A stretch of 64,000 nt of DNA, from NCBI RefSeq assembly GCF_009914755.1, contig NC_060930.1; one strand, 5' to 3'. Positions 1 to 10,905 of the stretch are shown piece after piece. This stretch comes from the human T2T-CHM13v2.0 reference genome, Homo sapiens. Both the position numbers and the translations under genes were made by a program. The notes under the pieces are model-generated. The model saw only the letters and a list, made by a program, of their open reading frames with translations. It was not told the DNA's origin and did not search any database. How positions within the stretch are numbered: position 1 is the first letter of the stretch; each line of letters starts with the position of its first letter.

Positions 1-1708
1 GGTTGCCTGTTCACTCTGTTAGTTTCTTTTGCTGTGCAGAAGCTCTTTAGTTTAATTAGATCCCATTTGTCAATTTTGGCTTTTGTTGCCATTGCTTTTG
101 GTGTTTTAGTCATGAAGTCCTTGCCCATGCCTATATCCTGAATGGTATTGCCTAGGTTTTCTTCTAGAGTTTTTATGGTTTTAGGTCTAACATTTAAGTC
201 TTTAATCCATCTTGAATTAATTTTTGTATAAGGTGTAAGGAAGGGATCCAGTTTCAGCTTTCCACATATGGCTAGCCAGTTTTCCCAGCACCATTTATTA
301 AATAGGGAAGCCTTCCCCCATTTCTTGTTTTTGTCAGGTTTGTCAAAGATCAGATGGTTGTAGATGTGTGGGATTATTTCCAAGGACTCTATTCTGTTCC
401 ATTGGTCTATATCTCTGTTTTGGTACCAGGACCATGCTGTTTTGATTACTGCGGCCTTGTAGTATAGTTTGAAGTCAGGTAGTGTGATGCCTCCAGCCTT
501 GTTCTTTTGGCTTAGGATTGTCTTGGCTATGCAGGCTCTTTTTTGGTTCCATATGAACTTTAAAGTAGTTTTTTCCAGTTCTATGAAGAAAGTCATTGGT
601 AGCTTGATGGGGATGGCATTAAATCTATAATTACCTTGGGCAGTATGGCCATTTTCACAATATTGATTCTTCTTATCCATGAGCATGGAAAGTTCTTCCA
701 TTTGTTTGTGTCCTCTTTTATTTCGTTGAGCAGTTGTTTGTAGTTCTCCTTGAAGAGGTCCTTCACATCCCTTGTAGGTTGGATTCCCAGGTATTTTATT
801 CTCTTTGAATACAATTGTGAATGGGAGTTCACTCATGATTTGGCTCTCTGTTTCTGTGTTATTGGTGTATAGGAATGCTTGTGATTTTTGCACATTGATT
901 TTGTATCCTAAGACTTTGCTGAAGTTGCTTATCAGCTTAAGGAGATTTTGGGCTGAGACGATGGGGTTTTCTAAATATACAATCTTGTCATCTGCAAACA
1001 GGGACAACTTGACTTCCTCTTTTCCTACTTGAATACCCTTTATTTCTTTCTCTTGCCTGATTGCCCTGGCCAGAACTTCCAACACTATGTTGAGTAGGAG
1101 TGGTGAGAGAGGGCACCCCTGTCTTGTGCCAGTTTTGAAAGAGAATGCTTCCAGTTTTTGCCCATTCGGTATGATATTGGCTGTGGGTTTGTCATAAATA
1201 GCTCTTATTATTTTGAGATACGTCCCATCAATACCTAGTTTATTGAGAGTTTTTATCATGAAGGATTGTTGAATTTTGTTGAAGGCCTTTTCTGCATCTA
1301 TAGAGATAATCATGTGGTTTTTGTCTTTGGTTCTGTTTATGTGATGGATTATGTTTATTGATTTGTGTATGTTGAACCAGCCTTGCATCCCAGGGATGAA
1401 GCCAACTTGATCGTAGTGGATAAGCTTTTTGATGTGGTGCTTGATTTGGTTTGCCAGTATTTTATTGAGGATTTTTGCATCGATGTTCATCAGGGATATT
1501 GGTCTAAAATTCTCCGTTTTGTGTGTGTGTGTCTGCCAGGCTTTGGTAACAGGATGAGGTTGACCTCATAAAATGAATTAGGGAGGACTCCCTCTTTTTC
1601 TATTGATTGAAATAGTTTCAGAAGGAATGGTACCAACTCCTCTTTGTACCTCTAGTAGAATTCGGCTGTGAATCCATCTGGTCCTGGACTTTTTTTGGTT
1701 GGTAGGCT
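1..1708 (-). mobile_element. L1PA (approx. L1PA4-5) ORF2/RT fragment, 5'-truncated; runs off the left edge of the window
   Basis: Minus-strand ORF2 peptide [32 protein letters not shown] (593-832); L1 similarity ends at ...ggttggtaggct (1708); frameshifted. Confidence 0.95.
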
Positions 1709-1843
1709 CACACCCGCTATTGTTTTTTTTGTATTTTTAGTAGAGATGGGGTTTCACCATGTTAGCCAGGCTGACCTCATGATCTGCCCGCCTCAGCCTC
1801 CCAAAGTGCTGGGATTATAGGCATAAGCCACCGTGCCCAGCCC
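1709..1843 (-). mobile_element. Alu left arm abutting the L1 5' junction
   Basis: gtatttttagtagagatggggtttcaccatgttagccagg...cccaaagtgctgggattataggcataagccaccgtgcccagcc, with a small internal deletion. Confidence 0.9.
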
Positions 1844-1999
1844 AGATCAGTTTCATTTGGATGGAGCAGCAGTACACACTCACTGCCTCATATCAGGATT
1901 CTATCAGTTCTGGTCTCTGTTATATTTAAATCACATTAATTTTCTTGATTTCCCATACAGCATTATGGTTTGTCTGTGTGATTACTGGGCATAGAAATA

Positions 2000-4720
2000 A
2001 GAAACATGAATTGTCCCAGAAGCTTTTGTAAAACAGAGGGATGGAAACAAACCCTGAGAAAGTTCTTAGGCCTTAGTGAAGTTTCTAGGAGTAGAGTGGT
2101 TGGAACATGTGGGATATTTCCATTAAAGTGGGAGAGAAGATTGGTGAGAGATGATGTCAGTGAAAATGGAAGAATAGGAACCTCTAGGGCCCATCCCTCC
2201 CATGGCACTGAGAAAAAAAAAAGATTTGCAACAACCAAGTAAATGTTTAGCCAGGAGAAAGGCCACTGAAAAAGGGTAAGAGAGCTTCATGGCATTTTAG
2301 CTTACCGTGACCCCAGCAACCCCTTCCCTGCTGCAGTGGCCCTCTTGAAGACTGCAGTCTGCACTTCCAGCATGGTTACCTGATTCAAGGGGAGAAGCGT
2401 GGGCGTTTTCCCTGAGGAATGTGTCTGTCTGTTTTGACCTGACTGTGCTTTCTCCAGAGGACTGTGGCAAGGGCTTCCTTTTTTAAGCCTAATCTGTACC
2501 TTGTCAGACTGAAACAGCTATGTGGTTCTCAAAAGCAATAAAAGCCAAAAGTTGGGCAAACAATAGGCATGCAAAAAGCTGAGTGGGAATACTTAGGAAG
2601 TATGATTTGTTGGGGGTGGAATAGAGGTTTTGAAAAGCTACTGCATGTATGGGGAACTTAAAAAGCCGCACACATGCTCAGGGAAGGACACACACTCAGA
2701 AAGGAACTGAGAAAGTTTATGGCTGGTAAACTTTCACCTTTGGCTGGTCTTGAGGTAACCACAGACAGGAAGTGAAGGCTAAGGCAGAGTTGTAAATGGC
2801 CTGGCTAAGTGGAGTGTCTTAACACAGAGCCAATCTGAAAATACCTGGGAACATTTCCATTCCTTTCCTTTTCTTCCTTCTTCATTTTATTTCTCCTTTT
2901 TCATATTGTAATATTAAAAATATCAAATTTCCAACAAATTCATTCAAAAGTCACTTGACAATGGATATTTTAAAATTCAAAAATATTCAACTTCAATAAG
3001 AAATATTATGAAATATGCAAAGAAGCCAGAAATTATGATGCCTTTACAGGGAAAAACTATAAATTAACGGAAACTCTCCCTGAGGGAGCGAAGACACTGG
3101 ATTTACTAGACAAAAACTTTAAGTCTACTGTCTAAAACATGCTCAATGATCTAAAGAACACCATGGACAAAGAGCAAAAAGCACAAGAAGAATAATATCT
3201 CAATATGTAAAAAATTACAAGAAGAGAATGAAATTATGAAAATGAATCACATATAAATTCTGGAATTGAAAAGTATTACTAAAATGAAAAACGTATGAGG
3301 GGGTTCAATAGCAGATTTTAGCTGACAGAAAAAAGAGTCAATAGGTCAAATGAAACAATCTAGTCTGAGAAGCAGAAAAAAGAAAGAAATGGAGAAAAAT
3401 GAAGAGGGCCTAAAAGACTCAAGCAACAACATCAAGTGCATCAACCAAGGCATAATGGAAGTCCCAGAGGCAAGGAGAGAGAGAACGGGGCAGGGAGAAT
3501 ATTTGATGAGATAATAGTTAAAACCTCCCAATTTGACAAATACATGAACCTATTCATTCAAGAAGCTCAATGAACTTCTTTTTGGTTAGAATAAACTCAA
3601 AGAGATGCACAAGAAGACACCTTATAGTCAAAGTCAAAAGCCAAAATCAAATCTCGAAAGCAGCAAGATAACAGACTCAGCACATACAAAGGACTGTCAG
3701 TTATATTAACAGCAGAAACCATGGGACCAGAGGCAGTGGAATGACACATTTAAAGTGCTGAAAGAAAAAAATGCTTTTCATATTCAGCAAAAATATTCTT
3801 CAAGACTGAAGGACAGATTAAGGCATTCTCTGCTAAACAAAAGCTGAGGAAGTTCCTTCCTGACAGGCTTGCCCTATAAGAAATGCTAAAGGGGGCCGGG
3901 CGCAGTGGCTCATGCCTGTAATCCCAGCACTTTGGGAGGCTGAGGTGGGCGGATCACGGGGTCAGGAGATTGAGACCATCCCAGCTAACATGGTGAAACC
4001 CTGTCTCTACTAAAAATACAAAAAAATTAGCCGGGCGTGGTGGCGGGAGCCTGTAGTCCCAGCTACTCGGGAGGCTGAGGCAGGAGAATGATGTGAACCT
4101 GGAGGTGGAGCTTGCAGTGAGCTGAGATCACACCACTGCGCTCCAGCCTGGGCGACAGAGCAAGACTCCATCTCAAAAAAAAGAAATGCTAAAGGGAACC
4201 GTTCAGATTCAGACAGGAGGCAATAACTTGCCATAGGAAGAAATAAAATACAAGTGTAAAGGTAACTACATAGGTAAATACTAAAACCAGTATTATTGTA
4301 TTTTTGGTTTACAGCTTACTTTTTTCCTTGATGAGTTAAAAGACAAAGGCATGAAACAATAATTATAAATCTATGTTAATGGGCACACAAAGTCTAAAGA
4401 TGTGATTTGTGACGATATAGCAATCTGAAAAGGGAGAAATGGAGCTGCATGAAAGAGTTTTGTATAGTACCGAGTCTGTAAATTGATATTAATTCAAACT
4501 ACATTGTTACTAATTTAAGATCCTAATTGTAACACCCAAGGTAACAACTAAGAAAGCAACTATTAATAAAAATGTACTTTTCTGAAGAGGAAATGAATAA
4601 GGAATAAAGATCATACACTATAAAAAATCAATTAAACACAAAGAAGCTAGCATGGAAGAATTAAAGAATAAGAAAGATACGAGACTTACAGAAAACCAAA
4701 GCAAAACGGCAAGAAGTAAA
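2000..4720 (+). mobile_element. Ancient L1M (L1MC/MD-like) 5' region, ORF1 and inter-ORF segment, interrupted by an Alu
   Basis: A-rich degenerate ORF1-like sequence (gacactggatttactagacaaaaactttaa; tggaagtcccagaggcaaggagagagag; caagaagctcaatgaac; taaagtgctgaaagaaaa); boundaries approximate. Confidence 0.7.
3894..4180 (+). mobile_element. AluY
   Basis: Full-length dimer with Y-type positions (tagtcccagct, gagcttgcagtg); 16-bp TSD AAGAAATGCTAAAGGG at 3878-3893 and 4181-4196. Confidence 0.93.
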
Positions 4721-4734
4721 GTGAGTGACAAACC

Positions 4735-5430
4735 ATTGAATCTTGTTCTGCCCACCATGGAGAAAAAGGCACAATGCTGAGTGGTTCTCTTTCAATTTTG
4801 TAGGCAACACGTACCACATTTGAGCGTGCTGCTCTGTAAACCTGCTGAGTAAGCTCAGCATAAGAAAAGACTGTAATGGCTCTAAGCTCTTCTTCAAGCT
4901 GTTCTAATCTTTGAGAAAATAAACCGACAAGCACAATGGCACTGGGAGTCTGTGGCAAGTGAGGCTGTGGTATGAAGGACAGGCAAGTCTCAATAGGAGA
5001 CTGGCAGAGCAGATGCCTGAGGTTTTAGAGGAAGGCTATGCCCTTTTGTGGTTACAACAATTCTTTTCCACTTGCAGGGCAGCTCCTGACTTGCTACTTG
5101 TCCCTTGCAGAGATGGAATGTCTAACCGTGGGATACCAAGTGACAACATGGTAGATGCCCATTGTGAACTGGATATTACACAATGAATTGAATTATAAAG
5201 TTGTGCCACATTGCATTCATTATTAAAGAAAACAGTATGTGTGGGATGGAGCTAAGCAGGTGCCAGAGGGCACAGGTAAGTGGCATGCATGCACAGGGAT
5301 TCAGATACCACGTTACCTTTTCCTATTGCCTCATAACCTCTCCTTCAAGCTGAATCTATGGCCTCATTGGGAGTTTCCTGTATGAAATGAACAGAATAGG
5401 GAAAACAGTGGGCCTAGTTAATGGATGTAT
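4735..5430 (+). mobile_element. ERVL-class internal pol relic (RT/tether region)
   Basis: Degenerate translations EKKAQC*VVLFQFCRQHVPHLSVLL and QLLTCYLSLAEMECLTVGYQVT resemble recalled ERV-L pol KKEAQRLVGLFGFWRQHIPHLGVLL and QLLACYWALVETERLTMGHQVT. Confidence 0.75.
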
Positions 5431-5829
5431 CTTGTGAAAAAGTAAGGACCTTGGTATGAAATGGGGTCTTTGATGAAACAGACAAGCCATCTAAATAGTA
5501 TGTATTTACATATGGGTAGGCAGGGTTAAGGGAAATAAGGAATAGTTAGCACCCCAGGGCTAACAACACTGAGAAACGGATAACATGCTAGGCCTGAAAC
5601 CGCAAGCAAAGGTGATGACTTTGAGAACCTGAGGAGGCCTGCATTAGACAGAGAAGGCTGCCTCCCTCCAAAAGATCTGTGGATTTGGGGAAAGTATACC
5701 ATCATTGCCAAGTTGTAATTTTGGAGAAAGAAAGTTCAAAGGATGAATACACTGACCTCTCTCACCCCTCAAGCTCAAGTTTTCTCCTGATGCCTTTAAA
5801 AGGGATTCAAGGGATTTGGAGCTGACCGA

Positions 5830-6340
5830 AGAAGAAGACTTGACCACGAGAAGCAGTAACACCCAGCAAGCTTCACTGGGCAGCGCTTGGATAGGATCAC
5901 ATAAAGGATCCCTCACAGCAGGAGACTAGCCAGTGGCTTATGGGAGGGACACACCCAGAAGGGGAGGAGAGCAAGGGAACTCCTGGGGAGAGGAGGATTA
6001 GAGGAGGAGCTTACGTGTCCAGGTGATGCCACTCAGAAGCATGATAGTGGGGGCTCAAGTCGGAGAGCTCTGAAGGGCCGAAGTGGCTTGGGGAGCTTGC
6101 AACCATGAGGCTTTATCTTATAATGGCCAACAGATGCAGGATGAGGTGTCCTGGAGTATGCAGAGCACATGGGCTCTAACTAGCCCCAGATCTGCTTAGT
6201 TGGGCTATTTTTAAAATAATTGGATGTCCAACAACTTGAATTTGACACCTGTGGGCTTTTGAGGTAATAGATCTCAGCCTGCAGTGAAGAAATAAACAAC
6301 CCAGGAGTCTATTTGCAGAGGCCATAATTGGCTCATTTCA
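5830..6340. mobile_element. Probable old LTR inserted in the ERVL relic; family unassigned
   Basis: LTR-like composition and an AATAAA-containing end; interrupts the two pol pieces. Confidence 0.35.
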
Positions 6341-6344
6341 ATAA

Positions 6345-6480
6345 CTGCCACCAGCTGGCCAAATCCAACTGGAAGCCAGAGAGCAAGGGAGTCTGTCTGA
6401 TGCACTTGATAAAGGTCTGGCTCCTGGAACATGGAGTAAGGTGGGCATGGACCTGGACAGGCAAAGGGGAATGCACAGCA
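6345..6480 (-). mobile_element. LTR33-like ERVL LTR fragment
   Basis: tggccaaatccaactggaagccagagagcaagggag...gatgca...aggtc resembles the recalled LTR33 consensus. Confidence 0.5.
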
Positions 6481-6499
6481 GAGGTCTTCCTGGTGTGAT

Positions 6500-6750
6500 A
6501 CCAGCAAGAAGTAGTGCCAACAGCTACTGTATCCTGATTCTACCCATCAACACAAAAATAAACTGTGAATTTGATAGAGCGGGATGAATTTGGGGTGATA
6601 CGTCTGGTTTTCCACTGACTCAAGTTTCAAATTTATGCTGATTCATGTGTAGTGGATAACAGGCTGGTCAAGAACTGGAAAAGAACAGGACTGTAATAGT
6701 AGGGCAAGTAGGTCTGGGAGGAGGTGTGGGGCACACTTCTCAGATATCGG
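6500..6750 (+). mobile_element. ERVL pol relic continuation (RNase H)
   Basis: IYADSCVVDNRL at 6631 resembles the ERV-L RNase H motif YTDSWAVANGL, followed by WKEQD..-like residues. Confidence 0.6.
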
Positions 6751-7102
6751 TGTCCTCACTGGCTTCTGTCTGTGGCTTCCTCACTTTAGCATGAAGCTTC
6801 TCCCTCAACTACTATAAGCAGGGGAGGAGAATGGTGGAAAGTTTCATGCTAGAATTCAATGCACACGTCACTGCCACTCACAACTTCTTGGCCTGAACTG
6901 GTTACACATTCCTGCCTGTGGGTGAGAAAGTATAATCAGAGACACTGGATACTGGTGACTCCAAGCAGCCTGTAGTGCATGCTCATATATACCATTTTAT
7001 TCAGTACCATGATGATAATTTCTCAAAATATTATCTCAAAGTATTTCTCAAAATATTAATTTCTCAAAATATTAAAAGTAGTATTTAAGAATATAAGTTC
7101 TA

Positions 7103-8460
7103 TAAGGCTGAAGGCATCACACTACCTGACTTCAAACTATACTACAAGGCTACAGTAACCAAAACAGCATGGTACTGGTACAAGAACAGACACATAGACC
7201 AGTGGAACAGAAAAGAGATTTCAGAAATAAGATGCACATATACAACCATCTGATATTTAACAAACCTGACAAAAACAAGCAATGGGGAAAGGGCTCCCTA
7301 TTTAATAAATGGTGCTGGGAAGACTGGCTAGTCATATGCAGAAAATTGAAACTGCACCACTTTCTTACACCTTATACAAAAATTAATTAATGTCAAAAGC
7401 AATTGCAACAAAAGCAAAAATCGACAAATGGGATCTAATTAAACTAAAGAGCCTCTGCACAGCAAAAGAAACTATCATAACCTACAGAATGAGAGAATGT
7501 TTTTGCAATCTATCCAACAAAGTTCTAATATCCAGAATCTACTAGGAACTTAAACAAATTTACAAGAAAAACACAAACAATCCCATTAAAAAGTGGGGAA
7601 AAGACATGAACAGGCACTTCTCAAAAGAAGACATTTATGCAGCCAACAAACATATGAAAAAAAGCTCAACGTCACTGATCATTAGAGAAATGCAAGTCAA
7701 AACCACAACAAGATACTATCTTATACCAGTCAGAATGGTGAGTATTAAAAAGTCCAGAAACAACAGATGCTGGCAAAGCTGTGGAGAAATAGGAACACTT
7801 TTACATTGTTAGTGGGAGTGTAAATTAGTTCAGCCATTGTGGAAGGCAGTGTTGCAATTTCTCAAAGACCTAGAACCAGAAATCCCATTTGGCCCAGCAA
7901 TCCCATTACTGGGTATATACCCAAAGGAATATAAATCATTCTATTATGAAGATACATGCACACGTATATTCACTACAGCACTATTCACAAAAGACATGGA
8001 ATCAACCCAAATGTCCATCAGTGATAGATTGGGTAAAGAAAATGTGGTACATATACATCATGGAATACTATGCAGCCATAAAAAGGAAGGAGATCATGTC
8101 CTTTGCAGGGACATGGATGGAGCTAGAAGGCTTTATCCTCAGCAAACTAACACAGGAACAGAAAACCAAACACTGCATGTTCTCACGTATAAGTGGGAGC
8201 TGAACAATGAGAACACATGGACACAGAGAGGGGGACAACACACACTGGGGCCTGTTGGGGTGAAGTGTGAGGAGGGAGAGCATCAGGAAAAATAGCTAAT
8301 GGTTGCTGGGCTTAACACCTAGGTGATGGGTTGATAGGTGCAGCAAACCACGATGGCACACGTTTACCTATGTAACAAACTTGCATGTCCTGCACATGTA
8401 ACCTGGAACTTAAATTTAAAATAAATGAATAAATAAATAAGAAACTAGCAAAAAAAAAAA
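7103..8460 (+). mobile_element. L1PA10/11-like 3' fragment with polyA, inserted into a MIR
   Basis: ORF2 C-terminal peptides ([19 protein letters not shown]..; [11 protein letters not shown]..), 3'UTR and A-tail; degenerate TSD aagaatataagttcta / aaaaatacaagttcta. Confidence 0.92.
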
Positions 8461-8472
8461 ATACAAGTTCTA

Positions 8473-8660
8473 GAACCACATTATTTGGGTTCAACTCAAG
8501 TTTCTATTCCTTTCTAGTTGGGTGCCTTGAATAAGTTCCCTAACACCTTTGAGCTTCAGTTACCTCATTTATAAAATGAGGATAATAAGAAAACTGACCT
8601 CATAAGGTTTGTTGTGAAAATTAAATTACTTAGCATATTCAAAGTAATTAGCACCATACT
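8473..8660 (+). mobile_element. MIR
   Basis: ttgggttcaa...ccttgaataagtt...ttcagttacctcatttataaaatgaggataata...gttgtgaaaattaaat. Confidence 0.75.
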
Positions 8661-9054
8661 TACCATGCAATACTTTTCCAATAATTTTTGGTGTTATTTC
8701 TTGAACTGATTTCATGAATGGAGACATGTTGGCTGATAGATGGGAGAGTTGGAATCGAATTTGAAAATATATTATCATTTGAATATGGGCTCCTCTCTTT
8801 TCAGACATTTACATGAAAACTTTCCTAAGTAACATCAGTCCAATATATCTAATCATGAGGGTTTTATGCCTTTTTTAGCCTGTGTTTTAGTTGGATGCTT
8901 TCAACCCAATTACTTATGCTCTAGACCTGGAAACAATTTTTCTAAACATTTAGAATTTGTCAAAACTGGATAGGGATAGGATCTTAACAGCTCTTAACAG
9001 TTTAATAGATCTAAACTCAGAAAATTTGGAATTCAAATTGGTCTTTTAGCCTGC

Positions 9055-9431
9055 TGATATAGTTTGGCTGTGTTCCCACCCAAATCTCATCTTAAATTGT
9101 AGTTCTCATAATCCCCACGTCATGGGAGGGAACCTGTAGGAGGTAATTGAATCATGGGGGCGGTTACCTTCAGGCTGTTCTCGTGATAGTGAGTGATAGT
9201 GATTCTCACGAGATCTGATGTTTTTTAAAGGGGCTTTTCCCATTTTGCTCGGCAGTTCTCCTTCCTGCCACCATGTGAAGAAGGATGTGTTTGCTTCCCC
9301 TTCTGCCATGATTGTAAGATACTTGAGGCCTCCCCAGCCCTGTGGAACTGTGAGTTAATTAAACCTCTTTCTTTTATAAATTACTCCGTCTTGGGCATTT
9401 CTTCACAGGAGCATGAGAACGGACTAATACA
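9055..9431 (+). mobile_element. THE1 (C/D-like) MaLR solo LTR
   Basis: Starts TGATATAGTTTGGCTGTG, ends GGACTAATACA; 5-bp TSD CCTGC/CCTCC; DUX4-type motif TAATTGAATCA at 9144-9154. Confidence 0.93.
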
Positions 9432-10905
9432 CCTCCTTCCTTCCTTCCTTCCTTCCTTCCTACCTTCCTTCCTTCCTACCTTCCTTCCTTCCTTCCTTCC
9501 TACCTTCCTTCCTTCCTTCCTTCCTTCCTACCTTCCTTCCTTCCTTCCTACCTTCCTTCCTTCCTTCCTTCCTACCTTCCTTCCTTCCTACCTTCCTTCC
9601 TTCCTACCTTCCTTCCTTCCTACCTTCCTTCCTTCCTACCTTCCTTCCTTCCTTCCTTCCTACCTTCCTTCCTTCCTACCTTCCTTCCTTCCTACCTTCC
9701 TTCCTTCCTTCCTTCCTACCTTCCTTCCTTCCTACCTTCCTTCCTTCCTTCCTACCTTCCTTCCTTCCTTCCTACCTTCCTTCCTTCCTTCCTACCTTCC
9801 TTCCTTCCTTCCTACCTTCCTACCTTCCTTCCTTCCTTCCTTCCTACCTTCCTTCCTTCCTTCCTTCCTACCTTCCTTCCTTCCTTCCTTCCTACCTTCC
9901 TTCCTACCTTCCTTCCTTCCTACCTTCCTTCCTACCTTCCTTCCTTCCTTCCTTCCTACCTTCCTTCCTTCCTTCCTTCCTACCTTCCTTCCTTCCTTCC
10001 TTCCTTCCTACCTTCCTTCCTTCCTTCCTTCCTTCCTACCTTCCTTCCTTCCTACCTTCCTTCCTTCCTTCCTACCTTCCTTCCTTCCTTCCTTCCTACC
10101 TTCCTTCCTACCTTCCTTCCTTCCTTCCTTCCTACCTTCCTTCCTTCCTTCCTTCCTACCTTCCTTCCTTCCTTCCTTCCTACCTTCCTTCCTTCCTTCC
10201 TTCCTACCTTCCTTCCTTCCTTCCTTCCTACCTTCCTTCCTTCCTTCCTACCTTCCTTCCTTCCTTCCTTCCTTCCTACCTTCCTTCCTTCCTTCCTTCC
10301 TACCTTCCTTCCTTCCTACCTTCCTTCCTACCTTCCTTCCTTCCTTCCTACCTTCCTTCCTTCCTACCTTCCTTCCTTCCTTCCTACCTTCCTTCCTTCC
10401 TTCCTTCCTACCTTCCTTCCTTCCTTCCTTCCTACCTTCCTTCCTTCCTTCCTTCCTACCTCCCTTCCTTCCTACCTTCCTTCCTTCCTACCTTCCTTCC
10501 TTCCTACTTTCCTTCCTTCCTTCCTTCCTTCCTACCTTCCTTCCTTCCTTCCTACCTTCCTTCCTTCCTACCTTCCTTCCTTCCTACCTTCCTTCCTTCC
10601 TACCTTCCTTCCTTCCTTCCTACCTTCCTTCCTTCCTTCCTACCTTCCTTCCTTCCTTCCTTCCTACCTTCCTTCCTTCCTTCCTTCCTACCTTCCTTCC
10701 TTCCTTCCTTCCTTCCTACCTTCCTTCCTACCTTCCTTCCTACCTTCCTTCCTTCCTTCCTTCCTACCTTCCTTCCTTCCTTCCTTCCTTCCTACCTTCC
10801 TTCCTTCCTTCCTTCCTACCTTCCTTCCTTCCTACCTTCCTTCCTTCCTTCCTTCCTTCCTTCCTACCTTCCTTCCTTCTTCCCACCTTCCTCCCTTCCT
10901 TCCTT
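9432..10905. repeat. Long (CCTT)n tetranucleotide array with CCTA interruptions (GGAA/GGTA on minus strand), roughly 360 units
   Basis: Directly visible; pure CCTT runs up to about 7 units separated by CCTA. Confidence 0.99.
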
